From the IMG/VR virus record IMGVR_UViG_3300028888_000052: a DNA stretch of 64,000 nt; one strand, 5' to 3'. Below are positions 1 to 10,071 of the stretch, one piece after another. The DNA is from a virus. Its lineage: Duplodnaviria > Caudoviricetes. Positions within the stretch are counted from its first letter, which is position 1, and each line of letters starts with the position of its first letter. Under the pieces are notes generated by a model. It was given only the letters and a program-made list of their open reading frames with translations, did not search any database and had not been told where the DNA came from. The translations under genes and the position numbers were made by a program.

Positions 1-248
1 ATTCTCTTGAATCTTGTGAATTTAGTTTGTTCCATAATTATTAGTTTATTTTTAGTTTATCGCCTTACATTTATAATCTGTCACATTATAAAGCTCGACT
101 TAGCCAAAACTTCACTTAACATTCTGTTAGCAAAGGTCACTCATTTGACTCTTGAAAATCTAGTTGCTAAATGCAAAACACTTTTTGCATATATATAATA
201 ATAAATTTTATTTTTATTTAAATAGTAATATATGAAGAGGAGTTCAAA

Positions 249-713
249 ATGGATAAGAGATATTCAAATAATATTAAAAATATGAAGCCTAGGAGGGATT
301 CAAAATACCACCAAGGTTATGTCCCACAACAATTTTGCAAAAAATTATTTGGATCTACTAAAAATGAACCTATAATTTATCGTTCTGGATTAGAATATCA
401 ATTTATTCAATTTTGTGAGAATAACCCTAAAATCAAGAAATGGGCAAGTGAGCCATTACCAATAGAATATTTCTCAAGATTAGATAATAAATTGTGTAAT
501 TATTATCCTGATTATGTATTAGAGACTGAAGATGGGTCTCATATTATTGTTGAGATAAAACCATATAACCAAACTGTCAAACCTAAAGATAGTGATTCAA
601 GATGGTTAAAAGAACAATGGGTGAAAAATACAGATAAATGGAAATATGCTAATGAATTTGCCCATAAACATAATGCTAAATTCATTATAATTACTGAAAA
701 ATTTTTTAAATAA
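249..713 (+). CDS. Head completion nuclease, T4 gp4-like (TnsA-N/PD-(D/E)xK family)
   Basis: Motifs YHQG, IIYRSGLEYQF..CENNP.IKKWASE, YYPDY, IVEIKP..QT, N..KW..A..F, FIIITE match the T4 gp4 family. Confidence 0.85.
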   Translation: MDKRYSNNIKNMKPRRDSKYHQGYVPQQFCKKLFGSTKNEPIIYRSGLEYQFIQFCENNPKIKKWASEPLPIEYFSRLDNKLCNYYPDYVLETEDGSHIIVEIKPYNQTVKPKDSDSRWLKEQWVKNTDKWKYANEFAHKHNAKFIIITEKFFK

Positions 714-720
714 ATATATT

Positions 721-1404
721 ATGAAAGTAGATATATCAATTTTAATTATTTTATTGAATGATACTGAATTGAATATTTACAAAAATAAAATATTCATTAA
801 TTATTTTTGTAATTATTTAAAAGCAAATAGTATATTTGAAAATTGTGTATTTATATATAGTGGTGAAGAAAATGAAGCTTTGTTAAATGATTTAAAAATA
901 GAAAATAAATATCATGTTTATAATATAGATAAAATATCTCATACAACAGAATATCAAGCTGTTGGTGAATATTTAGAAGAAACTAAAAATAAATGTGATT
1001 GGTTTATTAATTTAGATTTAAGTAATTATAATCCAAATACAATCTATTTATCAATATTAAACATAAATGACCATTATGATTTTATTTTCTTTAAGCATGA
1101 AATAATAGATTTATCTAAATATGAATTAAATTCTGATAATAAGAGAAAATATGAATTCTTATATGAAGATAAAAATAAAATGACTATCAATACTTCTTTA
1201 TTTATTACTAAATCTTCATTTTTCAAAGAATGTTATTATAAAGCAAAAAATGATCCTTTTTTATTCAGTGCCTATTTTTGGAAAGGGAAATATAAAGTAT
1301 TAGAAGATAATGGGTCATTTAGTATTCATCTTGCTAATAAACAACAAGTTGATAACTTCTTTCAATTTTTAGTGCAAATACAAAATCAACAATATAATTT
1401 ATGA
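721..1404 (+). CDS. Hypothetical protein, possibly a degenerate cytidylyltransferase/GT-A fold
   Basis: 227-aa ORF; weak resemblance in motif order to NeuA/KdsB (KNKIFINY, DWFINL, NTSLFITK, FSIHL). Confidence 0.3.
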   Translation: MKVDISILIILLNDTELNIYKNKIFINYFCNYLKANSIFENCVFIYSGEENEALLNDLKIENKYHVYNIDKISHTTEYQAVGEYLEETKNKCDWFINLDLSNYNPNTIYLSILNINDHYDFIFFKHEIIDLSKYELNSDNKRKYEFLYEDKNKMTINTSLFITKSSFFKECYYKAKNDPFLFSAYFWKGKYKVLEDNGSFSIHLANKQQVDNFFQFLVQIQNQQYNL

Positions 1405-1739
1405 AATCAATACAAGAAATAGTTAATGAAGGAAAATCTGGTTCGTTAAAGAAACTTGATATGTTAACAATTATGGTTGCGTATCAAATGTGGAAAGAAT
1501 ATAAGTTGTATGATGAATTCTTTGGAAAATTAGATGAAGAAGAACTTCAAGACTATGATGATCTAAATAAAAGATTAGAACAACTTGATAATGATAATTC
1601 AAGAGTACGTTGGTCTTTACTTAAAGAATATTTTGAAATAATAAATAAGACAGCAGATTATGTATTAAGTTGTCCCGATGATGAATTTTCAAAATCGGAT
1701 AAACGAATTTGGAAAGAGATTAAACAATATGTATCTTAA
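1401..1739 (+). CDS. Putative internal head protein with capsid-targeting tag (MKSIQEIVNE)
   Basis: N-terminal 10-mer resembles T4 IP tag MKTYQEFIAE. Confidence 0.6.
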   Translation: MKSIQEIVNEGKSGSLKKLDMLTIMVAYQMWKEYKLYDEFFGKLDEEELQDYDDLNKRLEQLDNDNSRVRWSLLKEYFEIINKTADYVLSCPDDEFSKSDKRIWKEIKQYVS

Positions 1740-1779
1740 TGAATTTTTAGAATTCATAAATATATGTATCTTAAATAAT

Positions 1780-2268
1780 ATGAAAGGCGAGAAAACAATT
1801 TCAATTATAACTCCTGAAGTAGTACAGGAAGGTCCAATGAAAGCTTCAAAAAATATTAAATCAGTATTTTTAGCTGGTACAATAGATAATGGGGATTCAT
1901 TAAATTGGCAAGATAAAGTAATTATTGAATTGATTAACTTAGGCAAATCTTGTAAAATATATAATCCACGTAGAGAACATTGGAATCCTAATCCATCAAA
2001 AGAAGAAATGGAAGCACAAATAAAATGGGAACAAGAAAGTCTTGATAAAGCTAATATTGTTGCAATGGTTTTATTAGATGATTCAAAATCACCAATTAGT
2101 CTTCTTGAAATGGGACTTTATGCTAAATCAGGTAAATTAGTAGTATTTTGTACTCCTAATTTCTATAGATGGGATAATGTAAGATTAACTTGTGAAAAAT
2201 ATAATATAGAGTTAGTTCAAGATATTAATCCATTAGTAATTGCTAATAAAATCATATCAAAACTATAA
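1780..2268 (+). CDS. Nucleoside 2-deoxyribosyltransferase-like protein
   Basis: VFLAGTI..G...NWQ, IYNPRR, QIKWE, SKSPISLLEMGL; start moved to ATG 1780 to avoid overlap with the upstream ORF. Confidence 0.85.
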   Translation: MKGEKTISIITPEVVQEGPMKASKNIKSVFLAGTIDNGDSLNWQDKVIIELINLGKSCKIYNPRREHWNPNPSKEEMEAQIKWEQESLDKANIVAMVLLDDSKSPISLLEMGLYAKSGKLVVFCTPNFYRWDNVRLTCEKYNIELVQDINPLVIANKIISKL

Positions 2269-2978
2269 TGAAAACTTTAAAAGATACTTTATTTGAAACT
2301 TGTCAATTTTCTCAAATAGGAATTGATGAATCTATGGCTGAACCTAAATCTATATGGGCCGGTAAAGCTGAAGCTAAAATTATTCAAGATAAATTACGAA
2401 ATTTCTTGAAAGGTCAAAAAACTAAAGTTAGTTTGACCAATAAATTAGAATTAGGTAAATTTTTCAAAGCTTTTGTAGCTACTTTAACTTTTGGTAATAC
2501 AGTTAAAAATTTACAAGTTCTTAAAGAATATGGTATGGCTTCAGAACAAGGATTTGCGTCAGTAGTTCTTGGTAATAAAAAAGAATTTGAAGAAAAGAAA
2601 TGGGATACTTCATGTATTAAAAACTTTGATTTATCTGAAATGGAGAAAGAACACCAAAAATGGCAAAAATCAGATGATTATGTAAAAGGTACAGAAGTTG
2701 AAGATGCATCAGATCAAGGGGATTTAGATGATAGAATTCTTATTGTTTATGATAGATGGAATCCTGAAACTGCAGAAGAATTTGATATCGTTGGAAAACG
2801 AGGTAAATCAACAGAACATCATGTTAATATGTGCCGTGTTGAATTTGGTAAAGATTGTGATGTAAAATATTATGATTGTTATCCAATTTTAGCTAAAAAT
2901 TATTTTGGACATCTCGAAGAAATAAAGAAACGTGCTGAACTTGGTATAATGGATATGGCTGCTTATCAACAAATTTAA
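2268..2978 (+). CDS. Putative internal head protein (tag MKTLKDTLFE)
   Basis: Shared N-terminal tag; translationally coupled (TAATG). Confidence 0.55.
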   Translation: MKTLKDTLFETCQFSQIGIDESMAEPKSIWAGKAEAKIIQDKLRNFLKGQKTKVSLTNKLELGKFFKAFVATLTFGNTVKNLQVLKEYGMASEQGFASVVLGNKKEFEEKKWDTSCIKNFDLSEMEKEHQKWQKSDDYVKGTEVEDASDQGDLDDRILIVYDRWNPETAEEFDIVGKRGKSTEHHVNMCRVEFGKDCDVKYYDCYPILAKNYFGHLEEIKKRAELGIMDMAAYQQI

Positions 2979-2988
2979 TATATATAAT

Positions 2989-3804
2989 ATGAAAAATCTA
3001 GAAGCTTATATGAAAAACCTCTATATCTCATTAGAAGGTATAGATGAAGAACTTAAAGATAAGATTAAAAATCTTGAAGGATATGAAATAAATGAATGTT
3101 GTGGTTGTGGATGTTGTTGTGAAGACCCATGCCCATGTGAACCTGAATGTAATAAAACTTGTGCAACTGGTTTATCTGGAAGTACAATAACACCACCAAT
3201 TAATCAATTTGGTAGATTTAATTCAGAACAAGAAATAATTAGTTTATTAGATACAGCACCAAAAGTACTTGATCTTGTTGATATACATAGTCAATTTGCA
3301 AGATTCTTACATGTTGAAGATGTCAATAAAGGATATGTTGAACCTCTTTATTTTGGTAACAAAGAAAATGCTTTGATGGGCACTGGTGATTTAGGAGTAG
3401 TTCGTCAAAATGGTGATATGCCAGCACAAGAAGCTAATCCTGAATCTATTGAACAACTTTATGATGTTGCTACTTACCAAAATAAGAAAATATATAAAGC
3501 TGTTAATGATATTGTAAGTACATTTGAATTGAAATGTCCTGTTGTTGAAACAAAAATAAATGGTGAAGTCCAAGTTTATGCTATTAAACATACAGGTTCA
3601 AATGGTAAAGAAGGTAACATTAAAACATCATTAGAAGAAATAGCTAAAGTTCTTGGTAAATTAGAATCTAGAGCTGATGTTAAATGGGCACAAGTATTAG
3701 ATGTTTCTATTGATAATATTGACGACCTTTATGCATTTGTAATTACTTTTACATTCAATATTGATAAAGTAAGAGAACAAATAAAAGCAAATGAAATTAA
3801 ATAA
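2989..3804 (+). CDS. Putative virion/internal protein with Cys-rich segment
   Basis: Tag-like MKNLYISLE; Cys cluster CCGCGCCCEDPCPCEPECNKTC. Confidence 0.5.
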   Translation: MKNLEAYMKNLYISLEGIDEELKDKIKNLEGYEINECCGCGCCCEDPCPCEPECNKTCATGLSGSTITPPINQFGRFNSEQEIISLLDTAPKVLDLVDIHSQFARFLHVEDVNKGYVEPLYFGNKENALMGTGDLGVVRQNGDMPAQEANPESIEQLYDVATYQNKKIYKAVNDIVSTFELKCPVVETKINGEVQVYAIKHTGSNGKEGNIKTSLEEIAKVLGKLESRADVKWAQVLDVSIDNIDDLYAFVITFTFNIDKVREQIKANEIK

Positions 3805-3830
3805 TATATAAAAATTACTATATTATAAAT

Positions 3831-4154
3831 ATGAAAAGCATTTTAAGTAAAATTAATGAAGGTAAATATTGCCGACTTTTTTCTGAAATCCAAAATGAAG
3901 TAGATAATAAAAAAGGTGAATATCATTCATATGATTTTTCAGATGGTCAGAAAAAATATAAGAAAGGATTCTTGACATTTAATGAACAAGATGGATTCTT
4001 TGGTATTGTTGGATTTAATAATGCTAAAGAGTTTGCTGAAATGATGAATGCTGATGAAGATGCATATAAACAATATGATAATATAAAAGTTGGTGGTTGC
4101 ATTGATTGGGGTGAGCAAAATGGAACTACTTCACAAATATTAAGAATTTGGTAA
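3831..4154 (+). CDS. Putative internal head protein (tag MKSILSKINE)
   Basis: Shared N-terminal tag. Confidence 0.6.
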   Translation: MKSILSKINEGKYCRLFSEIQNEVDNKKGEYHSYDFSDGQKKYKKGFLTFNEQDGFFGIVGFNNAKEFAEMMNADEDAYKQYDNIKVGGCIDWGEQNGTTSQILRIW

Positions 4155-4157
4155 TAT

Positions 4158-4592
4158 ATGAAAAATTTAAAAGAAAAAATATTTGAATCGTCATTTTCGT
4201 TTTCAGAGACTGAATTTGATAAATCTATAAAAGCTCCTGAAAAGAAAAAGGTTCAGAATGCTATATATAAACAATTAGAGAAGACAAATACAACAGGTCA
4301 TTATTATCATGATGAATCTTGGGAAGGCGTCAAATTAGTCAGAAAAGATATTGAAGATGCATTCAAGACTATAAAGAATCCTGAGCACGAATATGAAGTA
4401 TCTATCGCTCCTGATGAAGGTGGATATCGCACATCAAAAGATGGTATGTCTCAATGGAAACAATATAAAGTTGAGATATTTGTTAAAGGAACTGAGCAAC
4501 CATTTATGGGAGGTACTTTGAACTGTCATGCTGCAGGTACGGTTGATGACCCATTTGATACATATGATATGAGTTGTTGCATAGGTTATTAA
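4158..4592 (+). CDS. Putative internal head protein (tag MKNLKEKIFE)
   Basis: Shared N-terminal tag. Confidence 0.6.
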   Translation: MKNLKEKIFESSFSFSETEFDKSIKAPEKKKVQNAIYKQLEKTNTTGHYYHDESWEGVKLVRKDIEDAFKTIKNPEHEYEVSIAPDEGGYRTSKDGMSQWKQYKVEIFVKGTEQPFMGGTLNCHAAGTVDDPFDTYDMSCCIGY

Positions 4593-4610
4593 AATTATAT
4601 AAATAAAGTA

Positions 4611-5387
4611 ATGAAAACTTTAAAAGATCAAATAGTTGAATCTTCATTGATTGAAGAATGTTTAAAAGCTATTAATGAAGGAAAAGACCCTATTAAGCTT
4701 CCATATACATTTGATATTTATAATGAAGGTCCTAAAAACAAAGACTATAAAATAACTAAGTCAAATATTTATAAGATTTTCTTTAGTATAGGTAAATCAG
4801 AAGAATTCAATAAAGAAGATGGTACAAAAGTAGTTAAGTTTGCTGAAAGTCATTCACAAATGATTAGACTTCCTTTACCAGCTGATAGAATTACTTATAA
4901 AGAAGTACCTAACAAAGAAAATACTAAGAATTGGACTGTAGTTCCTGAAATCCGTGAATATACTTGGGCTGGTGCTTGGTATTCTGATAAATTTGTAGAA
5001 TATAACTATAATAAATATAATAATGACTGGAATGAGTGGTTTAAAATGATTAAACCATTTATGAAAGGAAAATTATCGGTTACATTATCAGAAACAGGTG
5101 AAAAGGATCATATTGATTGGAAAATATTAGGTATTACTGTTAATAATGAACAATTCAATAAAGAGCGTGAAGAAAAAATAAAAGAATTGAAAGATCCTAA
5201 ACATCTCGAAGAATGGGCACAAGAAGCGGATGCTAAAGAAAAAGCCGAAATCAAGAAACGTGAAGAAGAGGAAGCAAAAAAGAAGAAAGCTGCCGAAGAA
5301 TGGAAAAAATGGTGGGATTCTTTATCAGATGATGAAAAACTTTCTTGGTCTATGGGATATGGTCAAGGTAAATATCAAGGAGATTAA
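4611..5387 (+). CDS. Putative internal head protein (tag MKTLKDQIVE)
   Basis: Shared tag plus a second INE-GK site; charged coiled-coil C-terminus. Confidence 0.6.
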   Translation: MKTLKDQIVESSLIEECLKAINEGKDPIKLPYTFDIYNEGPKNKDYKITKSNIYKIFFSIGKSEEFNKEDGTKVVKFAESHSQMIRLPLPADRITYKEVPNKENTKNWTVVPEIREYTWAGAWYSDKFVEYNYNKYNNDWNEWFKMIKPFMKGKLSVTLSETGEKDHIDWKILGITVNNEQFNKEREEKIKELKDPKHLEEWAQEADAKEKAEIKKREEEEAKKKKAAEEWKKWWDSLSDDEKLSWSMGYGQGKYQGD

Positions 5388-5404
5388 ATATATAATTATT
5401 TATT

Positions 5405-5656
5405 ATGAAAAATATAAAAGAAGTAATTAATGAAACTCTTGAAGGAAATTATGATTATGAAAAAGACTTAAAAACTCCTGAAGGAAAATTAGGAACTGCC
5501 AGAAATAATATTGAACATGAATTAGGTGGTCAAAGATTTTTATTTGAAATATGGGAATGGGTTGATAAAAATGGAAGTAAAGAACTCCAAAAAGAACTTA
5601 TTCAATGTATTAAAGATATTGCAAAAGCAGAAAAAATTAAAATACCTAAAATATGA
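5405..5656 (+). CDS. Putative internal head protein (tag MKNIKEVINE)
   Basis: Shared N-terminal tag. Confidence 0.6.
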   Translation: MKNIKEVINETLEGNYDYEKDLKTPEGKLGTARNNIEHELGGQRFLFEIWEWVDKNGSKELQKELIQCIKDIAKAEKIKIPKI

Positions 5657-6123
5657 AAGATATAACATCTTTTATAAATGAGAATAAAGAAATAAAACAC
5701 TATGTTGATGGTATATTAGTCAACAAAGATACTGATGAAATCCTATTACTTCAAAGGGCTGGTTATATCAAGCCCTTTGGAGGTAAATGGGGGTTTGTAG
5801 GTGGGTCAATTGATAAAAATGATAAATCATCAAAAGATGCTTTAATTAGAGAAATTAAAGAAGAGACGGGAATAAAACTATCTTTTAATGAAGAACGTTC
5901 TATGAAGCCTTTTGGAAAACAAGAGCATATGGGAGGTTCAAATGACGAAGAAGTAGTTTCAGATACTGAATATTTTATCATTGAAATGGAAACTAAACCA
6001 GAAGTTAAATTATCAAGAGAGCATTCAAGATATAAATGGTTTGATGAGGAATCTATTAAAGAAAAACAAGGTAAATGTGTTCCTGATGTTTTCCATTATA
6101 TACAAAAATATTATGATAAATAA
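5653..6123 (+). CDS. Nudix hydrolase with capsid-targeting-like tag (MKDITSFINE)
   Basis: Nudix box GG.....D.SSKDALIREIKEETGI; ILLLQR; LSREHSRYKW. Confidence 0.9.
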   Translation: MKDITSFINENKEIKHYVDGILVNKDTDEILLLQRAGYIKPFGGKWGFVGGSIDKNDKSSKDALIREIKEETGIKLSFNEERSMKPFGKQEHMGGSNDEEVVSDTEYFIIEMETKPEVKLSREHSRYKWFDEESIKEKQGKCVPDVFHYIQKYYDK

Positions 6124-6788
6124 TGCCTTTAATTCATAAACCAGAACAAACAACATTAGGACATGTATTTACTCTTAAAGATTTAGATAGAAAGATATAC
6201 TCAGAAGATGAGATAAAATATTTTAAAATATTAAATGCTATTAATGAACATCCTTTAGCAAAAAGACCTACATCTATTCGTTCAAAATTAGCATATAAAG
6301 AATTATTGTCTCTTACAAAACCAACTAAAAAATATCTTCTTCCAGGACAAATAGTATTATTCCATTATTCAGAACCTAAGTTTAAAGAAGAATTAGCATA
6401 TTATGATGCTTCACCATTAACATTATTTTGTGGCATTACAAGAACAGATGATGGTAATATTCGTGAAGTAGGTGTTAATCTTCATTATTATCCACCTTTT
6501 ACTCGTACAAGAATTATTACAGAAATATATCAACATTTCAAACCTTATTTTGATAAAAACTTTAATGAAGTATCAGGTAAACCTAACACTTGGATTTCAT
6601 ATAAAGCTATAAAGCATCTTACAAAAGCTAATCAAAAATTAGGATTTGGAATTAAGATGTATATTCCTGTATTACGTGGGGCATCTTATGTATTACCAAC
6701 TAGATTAGTTCCAACAGCTTGTTTTACTGAAGGTCACTTCTCTAAAGCAACATTACAACAAATATTCCATTTCTGGAGACAATTCTAG
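6123..6788 (+). CDS. DNA end protector protein, T4 gp2-like
   Basis: PGQIVLFHY..PKFKEEL.YYD.SPL...GVNLHYYPP..R, typical of the gp2 family. Confidence 0.75.
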   Translation: MPLIHKPEQTTLGHVFTLKDLDRKIYSEDEIKYFKILNAINEHPLAKRPTSIRSKLAYKELLSLTKPTKKYLLPGQIVLFHYSEPKFKEELAYYDASPLTLFCGITRTDDGNIREVGVNLHYYPPFTRTRIITEIYQHFKPYFDKNFNEVSGKPNTWISYKAIKHLTKANQKLGFGIKMYIPVLRGASYVLPTRLVPTACFTEGHFSKATLQQIFHFWRQF

Positions 6789-6830
6789 TAAAAGAATTAT
6801 TTTTATATATAAATTGAAATAAATAAAGAT

Positions 6831-7847
6831 ATGAGAAATTTTACACAATTATTTGAATCAGCTAAGACAACTGATAAACAACCAGGAAATGATTTGCAAA
6901 ATACTGGTGTAACTAACCATTATACACCAATAGAAAATGTATTAACAAATATTAAAAATCTTTTCTGTAGTAGATTAGGAGTAGTTGCTTCAATTGGTGA
7001 AGATAATGTTTCAATTAAATTACAAAGTACAAAATTTGTAGATGAACAATCAATTAATGCTGTATTATATGAACAATTAGATAGATTTACTAATTTGGCA
7101 AATTATATAATGCAACAAGGTTTAGATAAGATGACTAAAATAAATCTTGGTATGTATTATGTTGTATATTTTTCACCAAGTGATGTAAAAACTGCTAAAG
7201 ACCCTCAAACTATGGAGCCAAATGCTATTTTAGTTCCTAAAGAAGTTAAAGAATCTATATTAGATGAATTTGAATTCACCACAATAATTAAAGAAGATGA
7301 TGCAGAAGAAGAAATAAAGGATGTTACTTTAGAAAAAGTTCTTGAACTTGTTGATTCAAAAGATAAAGTTAAAGCCGCTAAACAATTAGAATTATTAGTT
7401 GCTCAAGAAATTGAATTACCAAGAGAATTTTATTTTGCCGGCATTAAATTCAAGAATGGTGAAGAAGCTATAGCACTTCGTTGGAAATATACTAAGAAGC
7501 TTCCAACCGGACAATCAACTGAATCTGTACGTTCTATTATGCACATATTTGGTAAAGGAGATAAAGCTATTTGGGTACAAGATTTTGATAAAGAATCTAT
7601 TGTTCAATTACCAGAAGAAGTTAAGAAACTTATTGAATCAATACTTGATATGTTAGAAGCAGACAAGACTGATGATCCAGCTATCTTCAAACTTACAGGT
7701 GAACGTAAAGAACGTGAAGATAATAAGGATAAAAATGAGGAAGATAAAGATAAAGACTCCAAAGATGAAGATTCAAAAGATAAAAACTCAAACAACGATG
7801 ATGATGAGGATGATGATTCAAGAGGAGACAATTCAGATGATGTATAA
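6831..7847 (+). CDS. Putative head/core protein (tag MRNFTQLFE) with acidic low-complexity tail
   Basis: Tag-like N-terminus, internal V/I-x-E sites, D/E/K-rich C-terminus. Confidence 0.5.
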   Translation: MRNFTQLFESAKTTDKQPGNDLQNTGVTNHYTPIENVLTNIKNLFCSRLGVVASIGEDNVSIKLQSTKFVDEQSINAVLYEQLDRFTNLANYIMQQGLDKMTKINLGMYYVVYFSPSDVKTAKDPQTMEPNAILVPKEVKESILDEFEFTTIIKEDDAEEEIKDVTLEKVLELVDSKDKVKAAKQLELLVAQEIELPREFYFAGIKFKNGEEAIALRWKYTKKLPTGQSTESVRSIMHIFGKGDKAIWVQDFDKESIVQLPEEVKKLIESILDMLEADKTDDPAIFKLTGERKEREDNKDKNEEDKDKDSKDEDSKDKNSNNDDDEDDDSRGDNSDDV

Positions 7848-7852
7848 ATAAT

Positions 7853-8212
7853 ATGAAAAATATAAAAGATTATATCATTGAAGGTAGAACAATTGATACT
7901 GTTAAAATAAAGACTAAGAAAGGTAAAGAATTAGAACCAGTATGGTATGCTTATGATGAAGAATCATTAGATAATTTATTGAAAAAAGTAAAGTATACAA
8001 GTCAATATTGGATAGATAAAGGTATTTATCTTTCAACATTAAAGAATAAATCTTCTTGGGAAGTTGATACGGATGAAGAATATAAATTCCATATTTATCA
8101 ACCAGGAGCAGATTTCTTCTATTGTGATGATAATGGAGAATCATATACAAGACAAGAGATTTTAGATTTGTTTAATAAAGAAGAAACAATGATAGTTGTA
8201 TTAAATAAATAA
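7853..8212 (+). CDS. Putative internal head protein (tag MKNIKDYIIE)
   Basis: Shared N-terminal tag. Confidence 0.6.
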   Translation: MKNIKDYIIEGRTIDTVKIKTKKGKELEPVWYAYDEESLDNLLKKVKYTSQYWIDKGIYLSTLKNKSSWEVDTDEEYKFHIYQPGADFFYCDDNGESYTRQEILDLFNKEETMIVVLNK

Positions 8213-8224
8213 ATTAAATATATA

Positions 8225-8431
8225 ATGAGAAGTTTAACACAAATTATTCAAGAAGCTGCTGAAGGTAGAGAAACATTTGAAGTAGTTTTACCTGATGGAT
8301 TAATGGATAGTTTTTATTATTCTGAAGAAGAAGCACAAAAACGAATTGATGAATTAGTAAAAGCAAATTCTGATGAACATTTCAAACCTACTATCAAAAA
8401 AGGAAACGATAAAGATTATGTTAAAAAATAA
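8225..8431 (+). CDS. Putative internal head protein (tag MRSLTQIIQE)
   Basis: Shared N-terminal tag. Confidence 0.6.
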   Translation: MRSLTQIIQEAAEGRETFEVVLPDGLMDSFYYSEEEAQKRIDELVKANSDEHFKPTIKKGNDKDYVKK

Positions 8432-8432
8432 A

Positions 8433-8466
8433 AATTAGAGCTGTTAATTCAGCTCTAATTCTTTTT
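8433..8466. terminator. Bidirectional intrinsic terminator
   Basis: aattagagctg-ttaatt-cagctctaatt between convergent genes. Confidence 0.8.
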
Positions 8467-9427
8467 TAAAATATTCTATTGTTTTTAATAATCCTTCTTT
8501 TAATTGAATTTTCGGTTTATAACCAAACATACAAAATGCTTTAGCAATATCAGCTTTACGTTGAATAGGATCATCTTTAGGTAATTCTTTATAGATGATT
8601 TTTGATTTATTAGGAATTAATTCTAATACTAATTGAGCTAATTCATTTATAGTAAACTCATTTGGATTACCAATATTTACAGGTCCCATTTCATTATCAA
8701 TTTCCATAAAATCAATTATTCCTTCTATTAAATCATCTATATATTGAAATGACCTTGTTTGATGACCATCACCATAAATAGTTATATCTTTATTTTGTAA
8801 AGCTTGACATATAAAATTTGAAATAACTCTTCCATCATTAGGATCCATGTAAGGACCATAAGTATTGAATATTCTTATAATTTTTGTTTGGACTCCTAAT
8901 TTATTCCATTCATATAAAATAGTTTCGGCAATACGTTTTCCTTCATCATAACATGATCTCGGCCCTAATATATTAACATTACCATTATAATGTTCATTTT
9001 GTGGGTGATGTAATAAATCTGGATTACCGTATACTTCTGATGTTGAAGCATGTAATATTTTACATTGATATCTTTGAGCCACTTTACAAATATTATCTAC
9101 AGCTAATGATACTTTAATTGTGTGTAAAGGATTTTGCATATATTTAGGTGGAGATGCCGGACAAGCTAGATTATAAATTTCATCAACCTTATTATCTAAC
9201 ATTTCGTCTACTAATTCATATATTGTCTTTTCAAAAAAAGATTGGTTTGTAATATCAACAATATAAAAATGATAATTTGGTAATTTTATAAAATTATATA
9301 TATTAGTATTTCTACCAGTTGAAAAATCATCTATACATAATATTTTACAATTACCAATTTCTAATAGTTTCTTAGTTAAGTTTGTACCTATAAACCCCGC
9401 GCCACCAAATATTATTATTGATTTCAT
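8444..9427 (-). CDS. UDP-glucuronate decarboxylase (UDP-xylose synthase), extended SDR
   Basis: GGAGFIG, IYNLACPASPPKY, ASTSEVYG, GPRSCYDEGKR, RIFNTYGP, DGRVISNFI, GDGHQTRSFQY. Confidence 0.95.
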   Translation of the reverse strand: MKSIIIFGGAGFIGTNLTKKLLEIGNCKILCIDDFSTGRNTNIYNFIKLPNYHFYIVDITNQSFFEKTIYELVDEMLDNKVDEIYNLACPASPPKYMQNPLHTIKVSLAVDNICKVAQRYQCKILHASTSEVYGNPDLLHHPQNEHYNGNVNILGPRSCYDEGKRIAETILYEWNKLGVQTKIIRIFNTYGPYMDPNDGRVISNFICQALQNKDITIYGDGHQTRSFQYIDDLIEGIIDFMEIDNEMGPVNIGNPNEFTINELAQLVLELIPNKSKIIYKELPKDDPIQRKADIAKAFCMFGYKPKIQLKEGLLKTIEYFKKELELN

Positions 9428-9633
9428 TTAATTAAAATATGTTAAATACTATTTTAATAAAAATAATTTATTATTGGTAAATTTTCTGCATATATACCAA
9501 TATTTAGTGTTTAACTTAGAAGAATTACTTATATAAAATATAATAATGCAGATTTGGTTATAGTTTATATAAGATTAGTTCACGAATAACAGTAGTTGTT
9601 CATTTTAAATATACCTAATTTAAACATATAAAA

Positions 9634-10065
9634 ATGAAGAATTTTGATTATTTAACAAAAGAGTTGATTGATACTCTTAGTTTTACTACTATGAATCAGG
9701 ATCGTGAAGCATATTCTGATGTAAATATTAATGGTCGTAATTATGCAATGTTTGGAACTTTGCAAGCTATTACTTTTGTTGGTTTAGTATATGAAGATGC
9801 ATTTGGTAATAAAATAATGCATGTTGGTATTTCAAAACAACACCCAAATGACTCTAAATGTAATAAGCAAATAGCTTATGAAAAAGCCACATTAAAGGCT
9901 ATGGATAACCCAGACATGGTATTTAATACCGTACCAGATAATGTTACAATGTTTAATTTCCGCCACATGATGATGGCTTATTATGATGCTATGGAAGTAC
10001 AATTTATTCGTACTAAGAAGGAAATTGAACTTATGGGAGATGATCCTAAAAAATATAATCGTTAA
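9634..10065 (+). CDS. Hypothetical protein
   Basis: 143-aa ORF with phage-like codon usage. Confidence 0.7.
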   Translation: MKNFDYLTKELIDTLSFTTMNQDREAYSDVNINGRNYAMFGTLQAITFVGLVYEDAFGNKIMHVGISKQHPNDSKCNKQIAYEKATLKAMDNPDMVFNTVPDNVTMFNFRHMMMAYYDAMEVQFIRTKKEIELMGDDPKKYNR

Positions 10066-10071
10066 AAAATA

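Noticed and set aside
7-198. 63-aa + strand ORF
   Set aside because: TTG start and no recognisable features; a minus-strand gene appears to start near 37, so this is probably its leader region
249-713. TnsA transposase of a Tn7-like element
   Set aside because: No tnsB/C or terminal repeats; context and motifs fit a T4 gp4-like head completion nuclease
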